NCBI GenBank assembly: GCA_905178155.1
Contig: CAJINV010000012.1
Span: forward strand, 1,554,492 to 1,618,491
DNA: 64,000 nt
DNA from: Amoebophrya sp. A120
Lineage: Eukaryota; Protista; Dinoflagellata
Direction: 5' to 3'
Position 1 is the stretch's first letter. Every line of letters starts with the position of its first letter. The position numbers and the translations under genes were made by a program. Shown here one piece after another: positions 35,917 to 46,994 of the stretch. The notes below the pieces were generated by a model. The model had not been told where the DNA came from. It was given only the letters and a program-made list of their open reading frames with translations, and made no database searches.

Positions 35917-36917
35917 ATGATGGCGACAGAGGACAGCAGTGCTGCTGGGGGCCGATCCGAAGGGAGGAAGCACGAGAAAACGTCGTACGAAGGAAGTCCA
36001 ATAACAGATCCGCAAGGTCATGAAATGATCGTGAATTTGCAAATCCAGGAACCACAACCAGCTGCCACGGACGCTTATGAAGAACAGCAGAAGTATCGCA
36101 CTAGCGTATAAAAACGCATGACAAATTTTCTCAGCATGAGGAATGGAATTTGTAAATGCGGATTTACCTCTTACAAAAGAGATTTGTAATGCGTGACGAC
36201 TGCAATTAGTTTTAGTATGAGCGCGATGCTTTTTCAGTGGATAACGCTGTTGACCAGATTTTTCTCCCGACGAACATGTGGTCGGTAATCGCGGAAGCGG
36301 TGAGGATATCCAAATGTGTTTGGGTCTGGAAAAGTAGAGCTTGTATTGCGTATCTAGCATTCCTGAAAAATTTGTGTTGCATAGCCAGCAGAAGTTTTTT
36401 TTGGCCTTTTTGTCATGTAAGGACGCAGGAGTTTGTCATGCGTGCTACGCATGATCACACGGCGTCAAATAAACTTGTCAAGCTTGGCTGCCCTTGAAAA
36501 CACCAGGCTCATCCATGCTTTAGCATCACAAGTTTCCAGACCCAGACATATTTGGATTTGATGGAGGAGAACGTGGTCAGGACTCCATTACGACTACGTC
36601 GCCAGCTATCGTATAGAAGAAACTGTTTCATTGATGGAAACTTGTGATGTATAGAGTGTATCAACACAGAACAAGCATTTTTCTTGCTACATACGCATGC
36701 AAGACAGTGGATATCATTTAGGCGTGCTTCCCTTCAGGAAAATGAATCTCGCATGGCAAGTTTTCTATCTCGTGTGTGACGATCGAACTTGTGATGCAAA
36801 ACTCGCAGAATGATCCGTACAGAGATTGCAGTTTTTTCATGCGATAGCAGCGAGGCAAGCGGCGTTGCTTGTTCCGGCTCTACTGCGCTAGAAAGGACGT
36901 TGCTGAATAAAACCTAG
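35917..36917 (+). CDS. Short hypothetical protein with 3 introners
   Basis: MMATEDSSAAGG...ATDAVDQIFLPTNMWSVIAEAVRRTWSGLHYDYVASEASG...NKT* after removals; no recognisable domain. Confidence 0.45.
36076..36243. mobile_element. TIR introner, family B-like
   Basis: TSD acgct/acgct. Confidence 0.85.
36307..36563. mobile_element. TIR introner, family A
   Basis: TSD gagga/gagga. Confidence 0.9.
36607..36846. mobile_element. TIR introner, family F
   Basis: TSD ccagc/gcagc. Confidence 0.85.
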
Positions 36918-36925
36918 TATGCGGC

Positions 36926-37134
36926 TATCGAAGAAAAAAACATCGTTAGTGTAACTTTGTGATGCGCAACCTGCAAAGTGATTGCGGCTGTCATGCTGGG
37001 CATGCATTAAAAGGTCCACTCAAGCCCGTTTTCACGTACCATCTGCGCATGCAGGGTTTTTGCTCTCATGCAAGACAGATTTGTCATGCTGTTCCTCCAA
37101 AAAAGTTACACCTACAAACTTTTTTTCTCGGATA
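36926..37134. mobile_element. TIR introner, family F-like
   Basis: TSD gcggc/gggac (degraded). Confidence 0.7.
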
Positions 37135-37199
37135 GGGACGCGCTCTGCTCCAGCTCCAGTTTCGTGACCGTGCTGAAACAAGAAAAGCTGGTGTGGGCC

Positions 37200-38502
37200 G
37201 TGCAACGTTTGACTTTTTGTTGTAAGTACTTACGCACTTATGTAATACTAGTAACCACCTCCCGATAACCAAAAAATCACTAGGAGCTCCACAACCTCGA
37301 CAAACACCACACAAATTCAAAACCCCCGGGGGACCCTTGTTGGCGCGAACCGGCGCGCAAGCCCAAGCAGGCACTCGGGCGCCTTTTTCTTGTGGCGTTC
37401 TTACTTCCCTCACCCTCCCTGGGCGCGGCAGGCTAGGGGCGCTCCTAGTGCGGCCGGCCATGAGCTTTCCAGGTTTGCAGGCTTCTAGCGCCAGCCGCGC
37501 GCGCCATTTGGGGGCGACAAGGCCGACAAGGTTGCCTACTACCCTGCGTCGCAGGCGGCTACCGGTAGGTGGCTTGCTAATTGTGTGCGCGGAGGGGCTT
37601 GGTTTGTCCTAAGGAAAGGTCTGCCACTGGCTGGTCGGCCACTGACTGGTGGTCCGCCATGGCAGGTCTTCCACAGCTGGCCCGCTGCCTGTGGTTGGTC
37701 CGCCGTGGTTGGTCCGTCATGGCAGGTCTGCCGCAGCTGGTCCGCTGTGGCTGGTCCGCCGTGGCTTGTCTGCCATCGCCATGATAGGTCTGCCACACCT
37801 GCTGGCCCGCCCGCCGTGCCCGGTCTGCCACAGTTGGCCCGCCGTGGAAGGTCGGCAACGGCCGCTGTTCCGCCGTGGCTGGTCTGCCACATCTGCTGGG
37901 CTGCCGCTGCTGGTCCGCCGGGCGTGGCAGGTTGTCCGCAGCTGCTGATCCGCCGTGGCTGGTCTGCCATACATTGCTGGCCCCCCGTGCCCGTGGCAGG
38001 TCTGGTCGATGCCACCGTTGGCCCGCCATGGCACTTTTGCCGCAGCTGCTGTTCCGCCGTGGCTGGTCCGCCCTGGAAGGTCTTCAATCCCGCGCGCTTT
38101 TCTTTGGGAGTTGGCCCCGAGCCCTTTCCGAGCTGGGTCGCTTCCGTTGTGTTTGCCTTGGGAAATGCGCGGAAGCCTTCCCCCGATTTTCGCAAAGCCC
38201 TTCGCCACATGCACATGGAGGCTGGGCTGCCGCGGCTGGTCTGCCACTGCTGGGCGGCCCGCCGTGGCAAGTCTGCCGCTGCTGGTCCACCGGGCGTGGC
38301 AAGTTGCCCACCGCTGCTGATCCGCCGTGGCTGGTCTGCTATTGCTGGCCCGCCGTGTTTGTGGCAGATCTGGCGCCACCGCTGGTCCGCCATGGCACTT
38401 CTGCTGCAGCTGCTGGTCCGCCCTGGAAGGTTTGCCAAGGCTGCTGGCCTGCAGGTGCAACGTTTGACTTTTTGTTGTAAGTACTTACGCTCTTATGTAA
38501 TA
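37200..38502. repeat. Long direct-repeat insertion locus D: 48-bp repeat (37200-37247, 38455-38502; 1 mismatch) flanking a 1207-bp insert
   Basis: gtgcaacgtttgactttttgttgtaagtacttacgc(a/t)cttatgtaata. Confidence 0.88.
37615..38454. repeat. GC-rich degenerate minisatellite (GCTGGTCCGCCGTGGC(A/T)GGTCTGCC modules)
   Basis: Recurrent short modules; ORFs in all frames. Confidence 0.85.
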
Positions 38503-39324
38503 TTCTCACCACTGTAGTTGTACTAAGTACCACTTGAATAATGATAATCGCCAATCATAATTTTTGTAATTGCGACTTCCTTTTCTTTTCAATTTTTTGT
38601 TTCTCCGTTTCGTCTACACATAATTGATAAAGAAGCTGCGGGGAAGTAAAAATCCGCTCTACACCTACACTTGTTTGAGCAACATAGAAAAATTTGTCAT
38701 CCCTGGAACAATATTGAAGGACACCAAAAAAAGAAAAATCGTGGAACAATTTCGCTGCAGTTGCTTCTTCTAGTGAGGTGCCGCCCGTTTTGGAAATCAA
38801 TCTCGACTACGTTATACGCAAATATTGATTTGTAGTCCGGCTTAAATACCATGAAAAGCGCGTCTGAAATTTCAATTTTTATCAACAAAAGGAGCACGCC
38901 CTATGACTATATTGAAATTTAAATTTTTGTAAGTTTCCATCCTGATTGTCTATTTTTACGGACACTCGAGGAAGTCGCAATGTGAAATTTGAATAAAACC
39001 TCCAAGCTCATCAACTGAAGGTCACATGTAGTTTGTCAAGATTTTTAGGTCTTCACTTTTTGAATACAGACTAAAAATCAACATCGAACCAAGGGGAAAT
39101 TAAGTAATAGAAGACAGAGCGGTAGTAGTAGTTCAAGTTCTTTTATTCAAGAGAACCAACTAGGCAAAGAACCTTGACCTTTATCCTGCACAGAAACTTA
39201 TTCGCGCATGCGGTTGCTATCATGCTTACTTATTTCCCTTCTGGCAATCTTCAGTTAAGAATACTAGAAGCCGTTCCCTAGGGCGGCGCCGGCGGCCAAC
39301 ATCTCGAGGACATCGTGCATGCTG

Positions 39325-39648
39325 TATCAGAATGAAAAATCTCCCCTCCCCATATCAAAACGAAGTTGCTAATGCTGGATTTGCGTACACAAATCAGATT
39401 TGTCTTCCTGGCGAGAACTGCAGGCCCATACTAAGCCTGAGTAGACAGGTTTTATTGGCCTAGGCGCTTTGCATGATAGACGTCTACGCTGTAGGTGCAA
39501 CAGCATGACAAACCGCCTGTAGAATGCGGCGGACCTTGTGGGGTTGCCTTCATGCAACACAGAGACACTTTGTGGTCACAAATCAGCAACGCAAATTTTC
39601 GAAAACGTGCCTTGTCAATATGGAGAGGGGGGATCTTTCTTTTTGATA
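39325..39648. mobile_element. TIR introner, family E2
   Basis: TSD tgctg/tgctg; host gene not resolved. Confidence 0.88.
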
Positions 39649-40671
39649 TGCTGCTGGTCTTCCTCTGCCTCGGTTCGCGGTTGTGACAGAACAAAACCTG
39701 GGATAAGTATTAGTTATTACTTTCATAAAGTGGTCGTGTAAAATAAAATTAAATAAAGGCCCCATAGATGTTGGCGGAGCAACACAACAATATTAAATGA
39801 ACACTGTTGCACTTCTTGCAGCTGGTGCAAGAGCAAGAGCCACCTCCTCGTCCCCTTTCTTGCTACTCCTGCAGTGCCGTAGTTAATCCTCTGAAAAATG
39901 CATTCCTGTCGGCATCTGTGCAAAAGGTAGCGTCTCGGATTCCCGAAGCGCTTGAAAGTACGCACGGCTGGCACTTCAATGTTGCGGTTGTTTTCGGACC
40001 TCCGGGACCTTGGCTTCAAGAAATCCCCGGCCCTGGTGGTCCGTAGCTTCGAGTGCTTAGACGCCAATTTCTCAGCGGGCATGGTACTCACGCCGTCGCC
40101 CGACCGGGTGCGAGGGTGTTTCTGCAGGGGTTGTTGCAGGCCAATTTGCAATGTTTTTTGTGGCGCGTCTCGGACGGCTGACCGCAAGACACCTCAACCG
40201 GCCTGAGTCTAGCGCTGTGGCCGGCATTGCTGGCCTTCGCGGTTAGGCGCCAGAATTAGAGCGCATCACGCTGGGCTGTGTTTTACCCTGGCCCCGGTTT
40301 TTCTCTTACGCTTGGTTTCAGTGTGTTTTGCCCCAGTGCCTCTCTGACATTCTCCGCCCGGCCCTCTTTCTGGGGGCGGCGCTTTCATTCTGCTTGGAGC
40401 CTCACGCGCCGTTTGAGTGCGGCGAGCCCCGATGCGTTGACGGCCAGCCAAAGGTCTTGGATTTGCATCCGAGCAACCATGAGGGCAAGTGCCGGCCTCC
40501 CGGGAAATAGCCTCTGCGGGTAGTCCTTGGGGGTTCAAGAATGGGGTATCCGACATTTTGCTCCGATGCATTTTTCTCCATCGTGATTCGCTTCAGAAAA
40601 AAACGCATCGGAGCAGTTTTTGTCGAGGTTCTTGTTAGATGTATTACACAACATTGGATCTCGTCCAATCT

Positions 40672-40871
40672 GCTCCGATGGAGACAGCGATGCGTTTTTC
40701 GGATCGAAGCCCTGGGCCTTGAGTGCCTTTGGACCGCTAACGAACCTGAAGAGGTCCATCAGGGCAACTCACGCGAGCCTGGGGGCATTGCTCTCAGCTT
40801 TGGTGACGAAATCGAGGAAAACAATTCCCAGATCCCTGATCCGGAAAACGCATCCGTGTCTCCATCCGAGC
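40672..40871. repeat. Imperfect ~34-bp inverted repeat (gctccgatggagacagcgatgcgtttttcggatc / gatccggaaaacgcatccgtgtctccatccgagc) among related short repeats
   Basis: Read directly. Confidence 0.6.
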
Positions 40872-42261
40872 AAAATGCATCACCAGCAAACTTGCTCCGC
40901 TGCGGTTTTCTTTTACGGAGGCACGGGTGTGCTTTTCGGATCAGGGATTCGAGCAAGCAAAGTAGCGAACTTGCTCTAGTGCCTTCTTTACTGCTTCGCT
41001 CTTTGTAAGACGGCTTGGTCTCTCTCCAGATGCATCAGAGCAACCTCGTGTCTGATTACAATGCGCGCGCCAATGTCTTCAGGGCGCGTAGCTTTTTCGC
41101 ACTGTGTGGCCCTGATGAAGAGCAAGAGCCACCTCCTCGTCCCCTTTCTTGCTACTCCTGTATTGCGCAGCAACCAGTCTCGGACTAGAGCTGTTGCTAG
41201 CATGCTCCTCAGATCAATGAGATCCATGAACTAGGTCACAGAACACCAGTAGGTGTAGGATGTAAATACAGGGGTCACACTAGTAGGATCACAGGGATCA
41301 CACAGACAGGTGCGATCACACTAGTAGTCGCTTGAACCACGGAGGAGAGCTTGCTGCATTTGCTGGGTTTTGGAAAATGTCTGCTCAGGACCCTACCGGA
41401 AATTTTCGCGCGATGCTGACGAACCCTTTTTATGGTTCTAGCAGTTTCTGGGTAGTGGTTTCATTCCGCTTTGAAGCGAAGGACTCAGACTTATTTTCAG
41501 ACTTTGGGAGCATTAGAGGCTATATTTCTCCTTTTCTGATTTGTCTTGTGCGCTGGGGCGTATTTCCTCGACCGAGTAGTCTGGTAGCCGTATCTGCAGA
41601 ATTTCGGTTCGCGAGTGCTAGCGTCAGCATGCGAATATTTTGAAAAAAGGGCACCAGAGGCAGTTGCTTGAGGATTCTCGATGTTGCGCATGACAACCAG
41701 GGCTAGAAGAGATTTCGAGTTTACATATTGATATTGCACGCAACCACTGGCAGTGGATATAGCCGCCTAAATTAAAACCGTTCTGACGATGGGAACATCG
41801 TTCGTGGTGAAGCCACCGCAGGGGAGTGGGAGTCTAAAAAGTAGAAAACGTCTCTGCCGCCCCAGAGATGGGAGCGCGGTTGACATTTACTAGCCTAAGA
41901 ATAGGGAGCGATCATGGCCTCAGTGCTATTGGTTTCGCTGTTTTCCCTATTAGCCTTCACGCCTTGCTGTATTCAGATTACAGCCGATGTCGAGAAGTGC
42001 GATGGTAGCACTTCGGCCAAGTGGTATTCTTAGCCTGGTAAAAGCACAGCCGTAAGCTTAAGCAAGAAAAGTTTCTGACGTTCATCTGAGAGCAAGAGCC
42101 ACCTCCTCGTCCCCTTTCTTGCTACCCTCTAATAGAATTGATAGCCGGAAAACTTCCCCGGAGACCTTCGGGGGACAGAAGCGCGATAATTTGGCAAACG
42201 AAGAGCCTCTGAAAAGTATTTTTCGAAAAGTGCATCTGAGGCGCATCTGAGAGCTAGGTAG

Positions 42262-42966
42262 CGTTTGAAAAGTGAAAAATCAGTGATTTTTCACTTTTTC
42301 AAAATTTTCTGAAGTCGACGGAGCGTGCAACTCTTTCCAGGTTGACAAGTTTCGAAAAGTGGAAATCATTTAGAAGTGAAAAAGCACTGACTTTATTCTA
42401 CTTATCAATGATTTTCATTCTGGAAGAGTGAACGCGGCCTCGACTCGCGAAAATTTTCAAAAAGTGAAAAATCACTGATTTTTCACTTTTTGAAAAGTTT
42501 CACACACTCTGAGAAACGCGGCTACGACTCCAGAGTGAAAATTTTCAAAAAGTGAAAAATCAGTGATTTTCACTTTTGAAAAATTTTCATTTTGGAGTTC
42601 AAGCCGCGCTCACCCTTCTCAGAGTGAAAATTTTCAAAAAGTGAAAAATCACTGATTTTTCACTACTCTTCTCGAAGGTACCCGTGGTCTCGAAGGCCTC
42701 CGTGGCCACGGGTACCTTCGAGAAAAGTAGTGAAAAATCAGTGACTTTTCACTTTTGAAAAATTTTCACTTTTGAGGCGAAGCCGCGTTTCTCAGAGTGT
42801 ATGAAAATTTTCAAAAAGTGAAAAATCACTGATTTTCCACTTTTGAAAAAATTTCACTTTGGGGCCTCGACTCCAGAAAATTTTCAAAAAGTGAAAAATC
42901 ACTGACTTTTCACTTTTGAAAGATTCCCACTCTGGAGACGAAGTCGCGTTCACTCTTCCCAGAGTG
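42262..42966. repeat. AT-rich foldback-like element of palindromic units (TTTTCAAAAAGTGAAAAATCA(C/G)TGATTTTTCACTTTTGAAAA) around a central hairpin at ~42670-42724
   Basis: ttctcgaaggtacccgtgg...ccacgggtaccttcgagaa; mirrored ggaagagtgaacgcg / cgcgttcactcttcc. Confidence 0.85.
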
Positions 42967-45900
42967 AAGCAAGGCCGTCGGGCCGGTGGGCAAGTTTGTG
43001 AAAGCGCCTCACGCTGCTCTTCCGCGATTTCTTAACTACTTATGAGCGAGCTGTAGGAGGCCTTGAGTTAATTTGGGCAGCGGCTCCTGTTCATGCGAGC
43101 AAGCTGCAGACTTGCAGTGTCCCTCCGATCCTCGCACTGTTGGAAAGGCTTTCTGAGTCTCAGACGAACGAAAAAGCGCGCGCAAACTATCGAATTTACG
43201 CGATTTTTGTCCCTCGAAGGCGTCCGGAGAAATTTTCCGGCGAAAAGGGGGGGGCTTTTGCGAGTCATGCACTGTTGCACTTCTTGCAGCTGGTGCAAGA
43301 GCAAGAGCCACCTCCTCGTCCCCTTTCTTGCTACTCCTGCACAATCCGTTACCAATGCACTGGCGGTACCCAATCCGTTACCCTTGCGAACTTGTTCCCA
43401 TGCTTTGGCTGGGGTTCTTGGTGTCCAATTTGTTCGCCCTCTGTTCCCTTAGCAGGGCGGGGTCGAGGATCCTCCTCCTCAATAATATTTGGTGGCGCTG
43501 TGTAAGTGTATTGTTATTGCATCTTGTGGGGCGATGGCTCTTCGGGATGCTTCCCTCGTGCAGGTGGTGGCTCCGTCTATGACAGCGAGTCTCTATAATG
43601 GGCACGGTGTGCTCTCGTTATCGCGTCGATACAATCGTAGGCGCGCGGATTCTTACCGGCGGTAAGGGGCTCGCGTGCTAGCCTATAATCTGCCCTGGGG
43701 GCTACGATAGCGATATCGTTCGCCACGCGCTTCTCCGGGGTGGCTTTGCTTGTCGCCAGCCATGGTAGGCATTGTTAGGTCGAGTGCCTCTAGTGAGACT
43801 TAGGTGCCCGTGGAGGCGGAAGGGGGCCGCGAAGGGGCGGCTGTTCTTGCTCGGTCTTCTGTTGTTTGGCAGTATCGGGGAGTAAGTAGTGACCTTGTTG
43901 CGGGCTTCTTTGGGTTACTGGTTGGCTTGACTCGCTGGGGACGCACTACCGGGGATGGTCCCCTGCGTGCTCTTTCAGTTTTTGCGCCGCTGCGTCCAGG
44001 TGCAACAGCTTCTACCTTTGGTCCGTTACACGGGGCAGTCCCGCCCCGCCGGTAGGGACGTTCTCGTAGATGTTACTCACGTTTGCTGGCTGGCGCTCGG
44101 ACGCTTTTGGATTTGTGTCACGAAGACCTCTGTAGGCGCCGGGGCGGTTTGTGCCCAGGGCAGCTACGTTTCGAGTGATGCGGGCTTTAAGGCTTTGCTG
44201 TGTTTACTATGGCGGAATTGGTGTCTTCGCTATATTGCCGGTTCCGGATGTAGATGTAGTCGTGATCTTCTTTTCCGCGGTTTCATGGAGCTCGCCTTCC
44301 GTCCGGGCGATGGATTGCTCCGGAGTGGTGGCTCTGGGGCAAGTGGGGCTGGGCTGGCGCTCCTCTCCCCCCATTCAACCACCTGCGGTGGGGTTCTGGG
44401 GGGTCTTGCCTGTTGGCCTGGTGGTGGTGGAGTGGGTCGCTCCCTGCTGCGGGAGCGAGGGTTCGACCCGCTTTACCCAGCCCCAACGGCGCGGTCCAAC
44501 GGGCCGCTCGGGTGGTGGATACCAGATGGAAGGAACGAAACGAAAGACACATCTACCCCGGTAGATTCTTTTCGTGTAGTGACTGGGATTTGGGGTCCCC
44601 CGTTCGCACTGTGTCGGCTGGCAGATCCGTAGAAGCAAATGCCCGTTTGCGTACTCCCCCCCTAGAGTGGGGGGGAGGGATGTAGAGTCATCGATCAGTG
44701 CGTCTGGGGGACGGGAAGTAGGAAGTTTTTGCCCCCCCTCCCTCCCGAGTGGCCGCATACGTCGAGCCGGCTAGTCCGGACAGACGTTTGGTGGTGAGGT
44801 GGGCTGGGCCTTCAGTGGCGGGTACTAGGCCCAGCCCGCTTTACCCAGCCCCAACGGCGCGGTCCCGGGTCGCTCCCTGCTGCGGGAGCGAGGGTTCGAC
44901 CCGCTCGACCCAGCCCCAGGTGCAAGAGCAAGAGCCACCTCCTCGTCCCCTTTCTTGCTACTCCTGCAGCCGGGGTTCCCTATAGCCCCTTTGCCGGGGT
45001 TCCCTATAGGGGAATGGAGGTTCCGGCACAAATGCACGGCATTAGCTATTGGTATTACCTTGCTCGGGCTTGGAGGGCTTGTGCCGTCTTGCCGGTTCGC
45101 TGAAATCGAAAGCGTTTCGTTGCCAGGTTGTGTCCGTTTTGCGCTCTGTTTTACGCCGCGCGGGGACGTCATGCCGGCGCTTTCAACGAGAGCGCTCTCT
45201 TTTCAAGATTTCGGTCTGGGGGACCACGGTGGCACGCTCCATTCTTGATGTCTTTGGGCTGACTGTCAGTTGTTCCAGTTGCGGCTTGCGGCCGTGCCGG
45301 CAGTGGCCTACCTTGCGGGGGGTTGTTAGTTTGTATACCCGGGCCAAGGTCGTAGACCTTTCCGTGTGGATGTTTGGAGCTGGCTTACAGCACGTTGCGC
45401 ACGTATAGAGTGGCGCCCTCCTTCCTGTGCGAGGGTTTTGCTTTTTCGGGAACTCGCTTACACGGCTCCTGCTCGAAGAGCAGGCGCTCCCGCTTCTCGT
45501 TCACGCTGTTTTTGGCTGATAGTGGGCTGCTTGCGCTTTTTTCCGGGGTGGCTATTTTGGGGCCGGAACTAGCGACGTGCAGGTGCTCCTGGTGCGGCGT
45601 TCTCTGTCTTGGTGCTGCCGCTTGGCGTACTTTGCTTGCAGGATTGCTTCGGTCGTTTGCCTGTCTTCCCCTTGGGGGCAAGTGGGGCTGGGGCTGGCGC
45701 GTTTCCCCCCATTCAACCACCGGAGGTGGGGTTCTGGGGGGTCTTGCCCTGGGGGCCAGGTGGTGGTGGAGTGGGCCGGTCCCCGCTACGGAAGCAGGGC
45801 CCGGCCTGCTTCGCCCAGCCCCATCAGGCGTTCTTGCAGCTGGTGCAAGAGCAAGAGCCACCTCCTCGTCCCCTTTCTTGCTACTCCTGCAGTGCCGTAG

Positions 45901-46994
45901 CAGCTGAAGCCTCGTGCTGGAAGTTGAGTAGCTGCAGTAGGTGAATAATTTTGAACAAGTTGAAGTTGTACTTCTATGGACCTCCACACGAGCGAGGAGC
46001 AACGCCAACACGAATTTTTACATAGTGACAGCCGGATTTAAAAACTCCATTCCCGCCGATCATGATCTTGGCATCATGGCCCGCCTCAAAATCAAATGGC
46101 ACGCCGGCAGCCGCCCTCGTGCAAGTAGTTGCTGCTGCGCGATGTTGATACTTCTGAGCATAAATAAAAGTTGATGCATTCTTCGATACTGAAGGAGCTA
46201 CATCAACAAGATCAACGCCTGCAGAAACTACATCTTTGTTGTTGTAAGAAGTACTTAAAAACCTCGGTTTTATGGCTGATGCTTATCGAGGTGCAGAAAA
46301 AGTTGAAAAGTTGTATTTTTCGGTGCTTGATGTAGTTAAAACAACTCGGTCGTGAAGGACAACATCATGAAGGAAACAAGGTGATACCGATCTGGTTCTT
46401 GCGCATGAAGATGATCATTCGACTGCTCGGTTGATATTTTTTATTGCACGACCCGTCGTGCGATCTACTTCGGCTTGTAATTGTATTCTGTGATCGGTTA
46501 ATATTAATCTAGTATTGTTGATACTTACCAGGGAACTACAACGGTCCTGGTTGTAAGTATATTTCTTCTTGGCGGTAATTTTTATATTACACGAGGACAA
46601 TTTGATTATTCTGAACAGGAGCTGCTGCTGCCCAAGTTGTACACGCTCTGTTCTTTTAGTGCAACTCAGTTTGATAAATCTTTATTCAGAAATTCGTCTA
46701 CTACCTCCCTAGACGTCTCAAGTAGATCTTCGGAGAACCGATATATAAAAAGTTAAATTTTCTACTTTCTACAACATTCCTGCTACAACGTCGGCATTCC
46801 TGCTACGACAGGAGCTGTTACGACTATATTGAACCGAAGATAGTACAACCTTTCGTTTACTAGATTTGCCACGTGAAGGAGAGGACGACACCAACAAACT
46901 TCGGGCGAGGCTGCGTGGCCCACTGAACCGCCGGGGAAATATCTTCACAAGTATCCGTCTGAAAAATAAAAGAGCAAAACTGCTTTTCAAATAA

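Larger units (their letters stand above)
39802..45900. repeat. Insertion array B: host repeat copies at 39802-39882, 41118-41160, 42089-42125, 43270-43341, 44919-44969 and 45831-45900; inserts of 1235, 928, 1144, 1577 and 861 bp
   Basis: Core agagcaagagccacctcctcgtcccctttcttgctac, identical in six copies. Confidence 0.9.

Noticed and set aside
37539-38517. Overlapping 200-310 aa ORFs
   Set aside because: GC-rich minisatellite lacking stops in several frames.
41112-41118. CTGATGA hammerhead-like core next to an array B repeat
   Set aside because: I could not find the matching stems and GAAA; probably chance.
39802-45900. True CRISPR array
   Set aside because: Spacers are ~1 kb, repeats are ragged and locus-specific, no cas genes are visible and the context is eukaryotic; the similarity is only architectural.
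45385-46174. Host gene for array B
   Set aside because: No frame on either strand gave a convincing protein across the reconstructed empty site.
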